Notes: generated by a model not told the origin, from the letters alone. Shown: positions 36,040-45,483, counted from the stretch's first letter. The stretch is DNA of 59,062 nucleotides from a virus (IMGVR_UViG_3300020178_000191:1-59062), one strand, 5' to 3'. Numbers and translations are program-made.

Positions 36040-37341
36040 TTATCGGCCTACTTGATTTAGAAAGTGATTCTTACATTCTTCCCAATTCATATAGATTAAT
36101 TCATCATAAAAATGGCTGTCTGTATTATATCTGCCTTGTTCAACCAGTGATTTTACACGTTTTTTAGCGTGTTTTTCTTTCCATACTTTAACTAGTGATT
36201 CGGTACTACTATCAAATCTTTTAACTAAATCTTTCGCCTCTATCTTACCACATAGAAATTCGTTAGTATTTTCATATAATTTTGTAAAGTAGATACCTCT
36301 TTGGTGTTCAGTTCTAATATATTCTTTTGGTATATCTAGTTTTGAATACGTAAAGTTTAGTGATCTATTCTTATGATCTCTTTTTAATGGTTGGCCGTTA
36401 GGTCTTTTGGCTTCGTGCCATTCCCAATACTTTCTAGTATGATTTTTCTTTAACCAAGTCCATATCATATTTCTAACTTTTCTACTAGGTTGAAATGATA
36501 CAGAACCAGTTGTAAAACCCATTCTTTTCCAATATTTTAAACCATCATATTGAGATAGTGTATTGGCCTTTGCCTTACCGTATAAACTAGTAGTTGTTAC
36601 GCCAACTAACTTATCACCATATTTTTCTTCCCATATTCTTTGTACATCATCTGATAAACACAGATACGCTAATAATTTACCACCTGTAAATGAATATCCT
36701 AATGGTTGTGTTGGTACAATAGAAGAACCTATTGCTGTATGATTAATTTTACCCTCAAAGGTTTTAATTTGTCTATCCCAACCTATAAACTTATCACGTG
36801 GTGTTAAATCCATAAAGTCACCTGAAATACAAATGACACCAAGGTATTTGCCTGATCTATTATCTTTTACTATAAAAAATAGTTGTCTACCAATGTTTGA
36901 ATTGTTTTTCATAGTAGATAAGAAAGTTCTTAATGTATTCCACTTTTCTGATAAATCACCTCTCTTTTTAGAACCATCAAATCTTGTTTCTGTATCATCT
37001 GTAAATTCTAATACAGGTTCTAACTTATCAATATCTTCTGGTGATTCTGGAATCCAAATATTATTTTTAACTGTTTTAATAAAGGCCTCTTGTTCAGGAT
37101 TGACAAGGGCAGGTTTATCATCAAAGAAACTATTTGTTTCTGCTGTAGGATATTTTTCGTGTACTTCTATCCATTTCTCGTACAATGTATATTCTTGTAC
37201 GGTCATTTTAGATACAAAGGCTAAATCTTTTTCAACCATTAATTTTAAATGGTTTTGGTCTATATCTTCTACTTTAGATATATCGTTTTTTTCACACCAC
37301 TCTTTGTATTGATTTTCAACAAATTGATCTTCACTACTCAT
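36040..37341 (-). CDS. DUF4338/DruA-like, Mom-like GNAT-fold protein (paralogue 1)
   Basis: GRQLFFIVKD..SGKYLGVICI, RDKFIGW, IVPTQPLGYSFTGGKLLA, TTTSLYG, SQYDGL..WKRMGFT.G. Confidence 0.65.
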   Translation of the reverse strand: MSSEDQFVENQYKEWCEKNDISKVEDIDQNHLKLMVEKDLAFVSKMTVQEYTLYEKWIEVHEKYPTAETNSFFDDKPALVNPEQEAFIKTVKNNIWIPESPEDIDKLEPVLEFTDDTETRFDGSKKRGDLSEKWNTLRTFLSTMKNNSNIGRQLFFIVKDNRSGKYLGVICISGDFMDLTPRDKFIGWDRQIKTFEGKINHTAIGSSIVPTQPLGYSFTGGKLLAYLCLSDDVQRIWEEKYGDKLVGVTTTSLYGKAKANTLSQYDGLKYWKRMGFTTGSVSFQPSRKVRNMIWTWLKKNHTRKYWEWHEAKRPNGQPLKRDHKNRSLNFTYSKLDIPKEYIRTEHQRGIYFTKLYENTNEFLCGKIEAKDLVKRFDSSTESLVKVWKEKHAKKRVKSLVEQGRYNTDSHFYDELIYMNWEECKNHFLNQVGR

Positions 37342-37348
37342 AATATAT

Positions 37349-37377
37349 ACTATATCACAATTATTTTAAAATGTCAA
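37349..37377 (-). promoter_or_regulatory. sigma70-type promoter
   Basis: TTGACA-N17-TATAGT with TG extension, 7 nt before the ATG. Confidence 0.65.
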
Positions 37378-37597
37378 CGCTGGCTTCGGTTTCAATTACT
37401 ACACGAGCACCACAAGACAATAAAGGCTTATCATTACCACCATAAACCACAACGGATGGTCCGTTAATAGCCACTTTATGGCAATAAACATTCTTACTAC
37501 CTTGCTTAACCGTAATAACTGGATCATCTGTTCCATTTTTCTTATTACTTCTTATTACGTGCTGGTTTACGTGTATGTACGTTTTTCTTTTTCTCAT
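37361..37597 (-). CDS. conserved phage hypothetical protein
   Basis: IHVNQHVIRSN...LSCGARVVIET. Confidence 0.6.
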   Translation of the reverse strand: MRKRKTYIHVNQHVIRSNKKNGTDDPVITVKQGSKNVYCHKVAINGPSVVVYGGNDKPLLSCGARVVIETEASVDILK

Positions 37598-37715
37598 TTA
37601 ATATTCTTCCGTAGTTTGGCCATCCAAATTTATCTGGTGATTCGTCAACATATCTCCAACGAATAACATCTGTCATTGGATTTCTTTCATATATTTTTGG
37701 TCGTTCTTTTGGCAT
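37545..37715 (-). CDS. small basic hypothetical protein (56 aa)
   Basis: Manual translation MPKERPKIYERNPMTDVIRWRYVDESPDKFGWPNYGRIL...; AAGGAG RBS. Confidence 0.5.
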   Translation of the reverse strand: MPKERPKIYERNPMTDVIRWRYVDESPDKFGWPNYGRILNEKKKNVHTRKPARNKK

Positions 37716-37716
37716 A

Positions 37717-38292
37717 TTACTCCTTACTTATTGGTTTTTCAATAATTCTGGCGTCTTTATCTTTCTTTAAAGTATCAATCATTTTTTCAGCCTTTTTATA
37801 AGCTCTATCTAATTTAAATTTAGATACGTGTTCAGTAAATGTTCTACCTAACATATGGTCGTATTCGTGTTGGAATACTCTACTCATCATACCGTCTAAA
37901 TGGCCTTCTTTTAAATCACCATTTTCATCTTCATACTTTACAACAACTTTACGAGGTCTTTTGATATGTAAAAATACAAAAGGAAAAGTTAAACAACCTT
38001 CTTGCATCATTACTTGTTCCTCACTACTTGTTATTATCATAGGATTAAAACAAGTCATTTTTAAACCGTTTTCTATTTGTAAATGGCCACCCATAACAAA
38101 CATATTAAATGGTAAACCTACTTGATTAGCAGATAGACCTATACCACCATATTTTTTCATAGCGTCAAACATCATATCTGATAGTTCTTTTCTATCTTTA
38201 AATCCTTCTTCTTTTAACATATCTTCCTGAAAAGGTGCTATGGCCGTTTGTACTCTTGGATCTGTTGGTGGTATTAATTTCAATTCTTTCAT
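37717..38292 (-). CDS. def: peptide deformylase
   Basis: GIGLSANQVG, EGCLT, QHEYDH. Confidence 0.95.
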   Translation of the reverse strand: MKELKLIPPTDPRVQTAIAPFQEDMLKEEGFKDRKELSDMMFDAMKKYGGIGLSANQVGLPFNMFVMGGHLQIENGLKMTCFNPMIITSSEEQVMMQEGCLTFPFVFLHIKRPRKVVVKYEDENGDLKEGHLDGMMSRVFQHEYDHMLGRTFTEHVSKFKLDRAYKKAEKMIDTLKKDKDARIIEKPISKE

Positions 38293-38300
38293 ATTATCTC

Positions 38301-40016
38301 CTATGTTTGTTGTAGCCTTGTAAAGTTTTTATATTTCTCAAATTTAACTATGTCTGTAAACTTATCAAATAGTATATCGCCTTTATGTGATATAATAAAA
38401 ATGTTTTCTTTTGTCATAGTTTTTATAATCTTAAAAAAGTCATCTGTTCCTTGACCATCTAAACTTGAATCAAAGATTTCATCTAATACCAACAAGTTTG
38501 TATTGACACTATTTTTCATTTTAGCAATTTGTCGCCAAGTAAATAGTAAGGCTAAATCAATTCTCATCTTTTCACCCTCACTAAAGTTATTATAGTTAAA
38601 GGTATCTCTAAATCTACTTTTTACTGTTTCGTTAAATTCTTCATCTAAATGAAACGATATAAAAAAGTCCATTGATTGTAAATACTGATTAATTAAAGTA
38701 TTCATAATTGGTACATACTTTTTAATTATTTGAGATTTAGCGCCTTTATCATTTAAGATTTCTCTTAATATATCTACATAACCTTTTTTTTCTATAATTT
38801 TATCTCTTTCAACTTTAGTATTTTCCAAATCAGATTTTAATTGCTCTAAATGTTTTTCTATTTCTTTACCATCTGTTTGTTTGTTTTCTAAAGATTTAAT
38901 TTCTTCGTGTATATTATTTGAATACTTATTTAATTCTTCAATTGATGTTTGTAGTTTAGACACTTCTACATTCATTTCATACATCTTATTAGACATTTTT
39001 TCCATAGCCGTAATAAGTTCTTCTTGTCTGGATATTTCTTCCATTAATTTTTTCATACCATCATTTAAAGTAACTAATTTACCTTTTTCGTAAGCAATCT
39101 TTTCACCTCTAAACTCAGCCTGTAATGGTTGTGTACAAGTAGGACAATTATCATTTTCTTCAAAAAACTCTAAATTCTTTTTATGTGTAGATAGATTTTG
39201 TTCTATTTTGGCCTCCAGTTTAGATAGTTTATTTAACTTGGCCTGTTCTTTGTCTTTGTATTTTACTTTATCCTGATATGATTCTAGTTCTATATTGATT
39301 TCTTCTATCTTTTTATGGTATTGATAACTAACCTCACCATTCTTCTCTAATGTCTTCCTTTTACCATCCAGGTCGTTCAGGTTAAGGTCGGAGAGCGCTT
39401 TGTAGTGTTTTAATTCTGTTTCATACTTGGATTCTATAAGATCACATTTATGGCGTAATTCTGTTACGTTTCTAGTTAATTCTGATTGTTGAGGTCTTAA
39501 TATTAAATCCATAAGTCCAAATACTCTTATGTCTAATATTTCTTCTACCACCTCTCGTCTATACCTTGGTTTCATTTTCATAAATGGCTCGTAAGATGAT
39601 GAACCTAACAATACAACTTGTAAAAATGATCTATAGTTTAATCTCATTATATTGTTTTCTAAATATTTTTGATAGTCAATATTAGAGGCGTCTTGGTTTA
39701 ACAACTGGCCGTCTTGGTAAATTTCAAATATGTTTGGTTTGATGCCTCTTATAATCTTATATTTTTTTGTACCCACATCAAACTCTACAACTATTTCACA
39801 ATCGCCTTGATTTACTGTATTGACCATTTGTTCTTTTTTAATAATTCTAAATGGTTTATTAAATAATACAAAACATAAGGCGTCTAATAAAGTTGATTTA
39901 CCAGATCCATTACTACCTACAATCAAAGTGGTGTTTGATTTGTTTAGATTTATTTCTATTGGTGTATTACCAGTTGATAGAAAGTTTTTATATCTTATCT
40001 TTTTAAAAGTTATCAC
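38301..40016 (-). CDS. gp46: Rad50/SbcC-like recombination ATPase
   Basis: NGSGKST, CPTC zinc hook, FSEGEK, LDEIFD, ISH. Confidence 0.95.
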   Translation of the reverse strand: MITFKKIRYKNFLSTGNTPIEINLNKSNTTLIVGSNGSGKSTLLDALCFVLFNKPFRIIKKEQMVNTVNQGDCEIVVEFDVGTKKYKIIRGIKPNIFEIYQDGQLLNQDASNIDYQKYLENNIMRLNYRSFLQVVLLGSSSYEPFMKMKPRYRREVVEEILDIRVFGLMDLILRPQQSELTRNVTELRHKCDLIESKYETELKHYKALSDLNLNDLDGKRKTLEKNGEVSYQYHKKIEEINIELESYQDKVKYKDKEQAKLNKLSKLEAKIEQNLSTHKKNLEFFEENDNCPTCTQPLQAEFRGEKIAYEKGKLVTLNDGMKKLMEEISRQEELITAMEKMSNKMYEMNVEVSKLQTSIEELNKYSNNIHEEIKSLENKQTDGKEIEKHLEQLKSDLENTKVERDKIIEKKGYVDILREILNDKGAKSQIIKKYVPIMNTLINQYLQSMDFFISFHLDEEFNETVKSRFRDTFNYNNFSEGEKMRIDLALLFTWRQIAKMKNSVNTNLLVLDEIFDSSLDGQGTDDFFKIIKTMTKENIFIISHKGDILFDKFTDIVKFEKYKNFTRLQQT

Positions 40017-41059
40017 TCACTAGCCTCTACATAAAGTTCTTTAGCAAACTCTTTTAATTTATGTTTATCTAAATCAGTATCTACTTGGTCAATATAATTT
40101 CTTAAAAATGTTAATGTATCTTCACCTTGTTCTAGTATGTCTTCTCTTACTGTAGATTTAATATCTGTAGGGTCATCAACAATTACCAGTTCGTGTACAT
40201 TAATATCATTATAAAATCTTTCAATTAGTTTACTATACATTTCTTCTTTTGTTTTTTGAGATACAAATAACTTGACAAAACAGTTTTCATAATTATCAAG
40301 TTTTTGGTGTGTATAATCATATTTTGTATCATCATATATAAACTTTTTAAATATTACATTTGGATTTTCTACTCTTTCAAGTTCTCTAGTATTTGTATCA
40401 AATATATGAAAGCCTTTTGGACAGTTGTGATCTGACCACATAATTTGATATTGAGTTCCTAGGTAATAGATATGACCATCATCTGATTTTTTATGAAAAT
40501 GGCCTGATAATACTTTTTCAAATCTTCTAAATTGATTTCTTTCTAAGCCGTGTTCATTCATATGCCCACCGTGCATCTCAAATCCTTTTATCTCTAAATG
40601 ACCAAAACATATATCAGCATTTGAGTGATCTATGGCGTGTATTGATTCTTCATAATTATCATCACATATCCAAGGAAGAAACTGTATTTTAGTACCATCA
40701 AATTCTACTTCACGTGGTCTTGTATAGATTGAAGCTTGTGATGTTATATTTAAATTTTCCATAGCATTGACTTCATTTGTATTCTTATAATAAGTATCGT
40801 GGTTACCTATAATAATATGAGTATCAATGTTTAAGTCTTCTAGTCTATCCCAAAACTTAACTCTAAAATTATGTGCTGTATTGTGATTAATAAACTTTCT
40901 TCTATCAACCACATCACCTAAATGAACAAGTGTTTTAATATTGTTTTCTATAAGATAGGGAAAAAATATCTCATCATAAAATTTGTTTTGATACTCTATA
41001 AAGGCTGGAGAGTCATTTCTACATCCAAAATGGGTATCATTTAGTAAAGCAATTTTCAT
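40013..41059 (-). CDS. gp47: Mre11/SbcD-like recombination nuclease
   Basis: DTHFG, LGDVVD, GNHD, SGHFH. Confidence 0.95.
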   Translation of the reverse strand: MKIALLNDTHFGCRNDSPAFIEYQNKFYDEIFFPYLIENNIKTLVHLGDVVDRRKFINHNTAHNFRVKFWDRLEDLNIDTHIIIGNHDTYYKNTNEVNAMENLNITSQASIYTRPREVEFDGTKIQFLPWICDDNYEESIHAIDHSNADICFGHLEIKGFEMHGGHMNEHGLERNQFRRFEKVLSGHFHKKSDDGHIYYLGTQYQIMWSDHNCPKGFHIFDTNTRELERVENPNVIFKKFIYDDTKYDYTHQKLDNYENCFVKLFVSQKTKEEMYSKLIERFYNDINVHELVIVDDPTDIKSTVREDILEQGEDTLTFLRNYIDQVDTDLDKHKLKEFAKELYVEASE

Positions 41060-41061
41060 AA

Positions 41062-41604
41062 TTAAGCAAAGAATTTAGTTGATGCGACCTTTTTTTTCTT
41101 TTTAGTTTTTGGTTTATCTTTTTTAGTAGGTTCTTCAATTCTCATATTCTTTTGTAAAAATTCTTTAAACTGATTTTTAAATTCACCATCATCGCCTGGT
41201 TGTAAAGCCACATCATCATAATTGTTATCCATAATTAACTTTTGTTTTATTGTTACTTGTTTCTTTTCTTTTTGTATTCTTCTAATAAAGGCAAAATAAA
41301 TGATTTGAGTAAAATAAGCAAATGGATTATTTGATTTGGCAGGATTAAAATTGTCCAAGTATTGTAAACAGTTTTCAATACCATCACTAATCATATCATC
41401 TCTAAAAGTATAATTAATAAAATTTGGTCTGTATGATAAGTGATTTGCTATTTTTAAAAAACAACTACCAATGTAATCTGTTACTGGTGGTTTTTCTTTT
41501 TTTTCTCTTATAGATTTATTTACAGCTTTCTTGTAGGCTTTCATAGCTTCTAAAAATTCAGCATTATTAACGTAATGTTCGCTTTTCTTTTTTGTTCTAG
41601 TCAT
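41062..41604 (-). CDS. gp55: late-transcription sigma factor
   Basis: HYVNN, PNFINYT, DMISDGIENC, NPFAYFTQI. Confidence 0.95.
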   Translation of the reverse strand: MTRTKKKSEHYVNNAEFLEAMKAYKKAVNKSIREKKEKPPVTDYIGSCFLKIANHLSYRPNFINYTFRDDMISDGIENCLQYLDNFNPAKSNNPFAYFTQIIYFAFIRRIQKEKKQVTIKQKLIMDNNYDDVALQPGDDGEFKNQFKEFLQKNMRIEEPTKKDKPKTKKKKKVASTKFFA

Positions 41605-41611
41605 AATGTAT

Positions 41612-41640
41612 AATATACTATAAATTGTTTAAAATGTCAA
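41612..41640 (-). promoter_or_regulatory. sigma70-type promoter for gp55
   Basis: TTGACA-N17-TATATT, 7 nt before the ATG. Confidence 0.65.
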
Positions 41641-41652
41641 TGTTATTATGAA

Positions 41653-41841
41653 TCAATCTTTGATTAATTCTACAGTAACGGCTTCTGCCTTACCATAGTC
41701 TTCATAGTTTTTATTATAGTGTTTCCAAATTCTATTTTCTAATTGTTTAGGAGTGCCTTTGAAAGGATAAGTAAGTTCACAATATTTTTTCCAATTATCA
41801 CTATTATAAGTAACTCTTATTATCCATTCACTTTTTTTCAT
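41653..41841 (-). CDS. small hypothetical protein
   Basis: Likely start MKKSEW within the track ORF 41653..41940. Confidence 0.5.
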   Translation of the reverse strand: MKKSEWIIRVTYNSDNWKKYCELTYPFKGTPKQLENRIWKHYNKNYEDYGKAEAVTVELIKD

Positions 41842-41848
41842 ATGAGCA

Positions 41849-41876
41849 TTGACTTTTATAAAAATTTGTATATAAT
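41849..41876 (+). promoter_or_regulatory. plus-strand (antisense) sigma70-type promoter
   Basis: TTGACT-N16-TATAAT. Confidence 0.45.
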
Positions 41877-41911
41877 AAGCGTGTAGCGGATGATATGCTG
41901 GATACTCCAGG

Positions 41912-42346
41912 TTAATGGAGTGTTCCTCCACCATCATCATCTAAATCACTAAACTCATCAAATATTTCATTTACTTTATCATTATCTTCTTTATTAAACA
42001 TAGTTCTTTTATAATCATTATCTTTTCTTGGAGCTTCAAGTTTTTGATAATCGTTTGACATATGTTCAAAAGTTTTAGACATTTCGGAAGTGGCATTTGT
42101 AATTGTCAAAATCTTTTTAATAGGTATAGTTATTATTTCATCATTAGTGTAGGCCGCCCATTTAATAAGAGCCACATAATCTTTGAAACCTTGTGGTGTT
42201 AATTGAGGTACATATTTAATTAATAATGGTTTTACTAATCTGATAAGGCCTGTCTTTTCATCTAATTGATCTTTAGGAAAAGCACAAACAATATCGTCAC
42301 CATTATCAAGTTTAATAACTTTTACTGTTACTGCTGGTTGATGCAT
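41912..42346 (-). CDS. conserved T4-like protein (Sm-like fold) downstream of uvsW
   Basis: VIKLDNGDDIVC motif; acidic tail; usual position between uvsW and gp55. Confidence 0.6.
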   Translation of the reverse strand: MHQPAVTVKVIKLDNGDDIVCAFPKDQLDEKTGLIRLVKPLLIKYVPQLTPQGFKDYVALIKWAAYTNDEIITIPIKKILTITNATSEMSKTFEHMSNDYQKLEAPRKDNDYKRTMFNKEDNDKVNEIFDEFSDLDDDGGGTLH

Positions 42347-42347
42347 C

Positions 42348-43829
42348 TTACTTTAACTCCACGTTATGGATTTCATAATTAAAATCTTCTTCATTGTAAA
42401 TATTTATCCTTTCTCTAAAATGAGCTAAAGTGTAATTCTCCTTTTCGTTGTAAGTTAAATCATCAGCAATATCATATAAAGTAGCGGATGAATTATTATC
42501 CTTTAACCTAAGGCCACGACCAATAGATTGTAAATTTCTAATACGAGATTTGCTAGGGGAACTGAAAACAATGTTGTGAAGATTCCTAATATTAACCCCA
42601 GTGGAAAAGACACCATAACTAGCAATAATGATAGCGTTATCGGACTTCTCCGTAATAGCTCTAATATCTTCTCTAACATCAGCATCTACACCTCCGTGTA
42701 CATAAAACACTTTTCTATCTTGTGCTTTATCTTCGATTAGTTGTTTAAGAATCTCACCGTGTTTTTCAACGTATTGAAATAAGCATAAAGAATTGCCTTG
42801 TAAAGAAAGACAAAGATTCCTTATATATTTATTTCTTTTTTCGTTAGAAACCAAATAATCCATTTCTTCCTGATATGTTTTATCTTTTAAAAAATGTCTA
42901 GCGTCTTTATCGTGTTGTAGTATTAAACAAAATATTTTTAAATCAGCTAACTGTTTTTTTTCTTGTAATTCACTTGTAGATACAACTTTATTTACAGTAC
43001 CAAAAAGGCCTTCTAATACAAGTTTATGAGTTTTTGTACCATCTAAAGTACCTGTAAGACCAATTCTATATTTACATTTTGTTAGTTTGGTCATAATCTT
43101 TGTTAAAGAAACGGCCTTAAATAAATGTGCCTCATCACCGATTACAGTACCTACATCTGAAAACCATTTTTTAGGCATATTATATACCGATTGCCAAGTG
43201 GTAATAATAACTCTTTTGTTTGTTTCTTTTTCGTGGCCTGAATAGATTCTATGTACATTTCTTTCACTATTATAACCATAATCTTTAAAGTCTTTAAATA
43301 ACTGTTCTACTAGTGATGTTGTTGGCACAATAATAAGTATCTTATCTTGTTTTGTATCTTTTAATCTTAATAAGTTAAATATTAATATTAAGTATATAAT
43401 AAGAGATTTACCAGAGGCAGTTGGAGATAGTAGTAAACATCTATTTTTTTTAACGGCGTGAACAAATGCCTCTTTTTGATAATCTCTTACTTCTATTTTT
43501 GGTATTTTAAGTGCCTTTATAAACTGATCTATTTTTTTATCTTCTACATTGGTGTCTTTTATTTTAGTACCATCTACAACTTGTACATTATTATTTTTAC
43601 ACCAATTTACAATATAAGGATAAAGGCCAGCATATATTTGACCTGTGGCATAACTGAATAATCTTATTTTTCCGTCCCATACCCTATTGCGATATTGGGG
43701 CATAAACTTATAACCAGGCACTTCAAATGTAAAGTATTCACCAAGTTCTCTACGAATATCGGCGTCTGCCTCTATCTTTAAATAGACTTCATCTTTTTTA
43801 TCTATAATTAAATATCTTGTTGTAGTCAT
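42348..43829 (-). CDS. uvsW: SF2 DNA/RNA helicase
   Basis: RDYQ, PTASGKS, DEAH, GLTGT, QSIGRGLR. Confidence 0.95.
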   Translation of the reverse strand: MTTTRYLIIDKKDEVYLKIEADADIRRELGEYFTFEVPGYKFMPQYRNRVWDGKIRLFSYATGQIYAGLYPYIVNWCKNNNVQVVDGTKIKDTNVEDKKIDQFIKALKIPKIEVRDYQKEAFVHAVKKNRCLLLSPTASGKSLIIYLILIFNLLRLKDTKQDKILIIVPTTSLVEQLFKDFKDYGYNSERNVHRIYSGHEKETNKRVIITTWQSVYNMPKKWFSDVGTVIGDEAHLFKAVSLTKIMTKLTKCKYRIGLTGTLDGTKTHKLVLEGLFGTVNKVVSTSELQEKKQLADLKIFCLILQHDKDARHFLKDKTYQEEMDYLVSNEKRNKYIRNLCLSLQGNSLCLFQYVEKHGEILKQLIEDKAQDRKVFYVHGGVDADVREDIRAITEKSDNAIIIASYGVFSTGVNIRNLHNIVFSSPSKSRIRNLQSIGRGLRLKDNNSSATLYDIADDLTYNEKENYTLAHFRERINIYNEEDFNYEIHNVELK

Positions 43830-44383
43830 TATACAAATGGTTTTCCTACTATCCAGCCAACTAAAGTTTTTCTAACACCGGATGTTACTTTGTGTACTTT
43901 GTGCCAGATATGTGAGGGAAAAATTATTATTGAACCTTTTTTTAAAAAGTGTGATGTTATTATATTCTTTTCATTGATAGGGTGTGGAGAACATAGTTCA
44001 AATAAACCACCATCATAATCATCATTTAAACAAATAGTAAAACTTAACTTTCTAATTAAACCATTATCATATGGTTTTAAACGACTATCTATATGCCAAT
44101 CATAAAAATCATTTTTATTATAAACTGTATATTGTAATGGTTCAAACTCTCTTAATAAAAAGTTCCAACCAGATTTCTCATTTGCTTCATTTATTACTTT
44201 AGTTATTTCTGTTTCTATATTTCTATCTTTAATAAATGAAATTTTAGAATTTCTATTTGATTGATTACCGCTAGTTATTTTTGCTTTTTCTAGTTTCTTA
44301 TTTTGGCCTACTTTTATTATATTATCACAAAAAGATTGTGAAAAGGCTAGTTCTTTTATATAATGAGAAGTATTTAAAAACAT
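43829..44383 (-). CDS. 2OG-Fe(II) oxygenase
   Basis: YDWHID, RKLSFT, YDGG, FPSHIWHKV, R..LVGW. Confidence 0.9.
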   Translation of the reverse strand: MFLNTSHYIKELAFSQSFCDNIIKVGQNKKLEKAKITSGNQSNRNSKISFIKDRNIETEITKVINEANEKSGWNFLLREFEPLQYTVYNKNDFYDWHIDSRLKPYDNGLIRKLSFTICLNDDYDGGLFELCSPHPINEKNIITSHFLKKGSIIIFPSHIWHKVHKVTSGVRKTLVGWIVGKPFV

Positions 44384-44385
44384 TG

Positions 44386-44814
44386 TTAAATAGCACCACT
44401 TGTAAACTTTCTCCAGTCTATGGCGTTTTTAATAGTAAAACCTCTATTACCTATTTGTCTAATTGTTCTATCTAAAAAATCAACTGTAGTGTTTAAATAG
44501 TCAACTTTTTGTTTTTGTTTTTGTAAATCAATATCTGAATCTAAATATTTGTCTATATCTGTTCTTAATATTTTTAAATCAAAAGGTTTTTCGGCATATA
44601 CAGAAGCGTCTGCCTTTCCTGTATAATATTCCCACTTTTCCTTTTTCATAATATTATATTCAGTTTCAGCACGACTCAACATTAACTTATACTTTGTTAA
44701 GTGTTTTATATATTGATTGTGTAATTGAGGTGTCTTTAATGATTCTAAATCTAGTTCTGTATCATTAATTTTTAGGTCTTTATCGGCCTGTTCTTGTAGT
44801 TTTTCTAAATCCAT
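44386..44814 (-). CDS. uvsY: recombination mediator
   Basis: KWEYYTGK, IKNAIDWRKF; position upstream of uvsW. Confidence 0.9.
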   Translation of the reverse strand: MDLEKLQEQADKDLKINDTELDLESLKTPQLHNQYIKHLTKYKLMLSRAETEYNIMKKEKWEYYTGKADASVYAEKPFDLKILRTDIDKYLDSDIDLQKQKQKVDYLNTTVDFLDRTIRQIGNRGFTIKNAIDWRKFTSGAI

Positions 44815-44823
44815 AATATCTCC

Positions 44824-44852
44824 ATTTTATCACAAAAGCTTTTAAAAGTAAA
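44824..44852 (-). promoter_or_regulatory. sigma70-type promoter for uvsY
   Basis: TTTACT-N17-TAAAAT with TG extension. Confidence 0.5.
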
Positions 44853-44856
44853 GTTT

Positions 44857-45483
44857 TTATGATGTTGTAACGCTAGTTGTAGATGAACCTACAGTAGCAA
44901 AGTCATATATTTCATAATTAAAGTTAACAGTTGCCGTCAAATATTCAACATCTGTTGCTTGTTGATTGTAGTCTAGTCCTGTCAATGAAGTAGGAAACAC
45001 ATTTCTAAATCTTACTTCTAATTGAGGATTATTTTTACTTGTTAATACAGTAAGTGTGGCGTCTGAATATGTACCACCAACATTAGGTGAACCATATTTT
45101 ACTTTACCTGGTTCTGTACTGATAGACTGATTTTTGGCTGGAAATCTATCATCACCAGCTGAAACCAAACCTCTAAATTCTGAATAGTCACGTGGAAAAC
45201 CTAAACCGACTAACCAACCGTGTATTTCTTGGAAGTTTTCTAAATTTTCATCAACTAAAAATGTCATATTTAAAGCTTCATAAGTTAATTTATCACCAGG
45301 CAAAGGTAAATCTTTAAAAGGTGTCTGCTGTGTAATATTACCACCAAGTGTTATACCTGGTATATTTACTGCTGTACAAAAATATTCTACTTTTGGTAAT
45401 TTAAGTATGTTAAATTTAAACTGTGTGGGGCTGGCATAATCTTGTGCCGTTGGTTGCCTACTATATGATTTTGTAGTTGTCAT
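44857..45483 (-). CDS. gp3: tail tube terminator / tail completion protein
   Basis: VNIPGI, PGDKL.Y, FLVDENL, SDATL, FPTSL. Confidence 0.85.
   Translation of the reverse strand: MTTTKSYSRQPTAQDYASPTQFKFNILKLPKVEYFCTAVNIPGITLGGNITQQTPFKDLPLPGDKLTYEALNMTFLVDENLENFQEIHGWLVGLGFPRDYSEFRGLVSAGDDRFPAKNQSISTEPGKVKYGSPNVGGTYSDATLTVLTSKNNPQLEVRFRNVFPTSLTGLDYNQQATDVEYLTATVNFNYEIYDFATVGSSTTSVTTS

Noticed and set aside
35921-36055. 44-codon plus-strand ORF MRNKTTNRF...
   Set aside because: It crosses a promoter, a hairpin and the LexA-like box against the local gene direction; a minus-strand sRNA explains the region better, though the ORF is not formally excluded
36040-37341. A Druantia defence system
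   Set aside because: Only DruA-like genes are present; there is no DruE helicase or other Dru gene in the window
22449-42685. Alternate-frame minus-strand ORFs 22449..22655, 34998..35216 and 42503..42685
   Set aside because: Nested within gp43, cobT and uvsW, with no RBS or motif support
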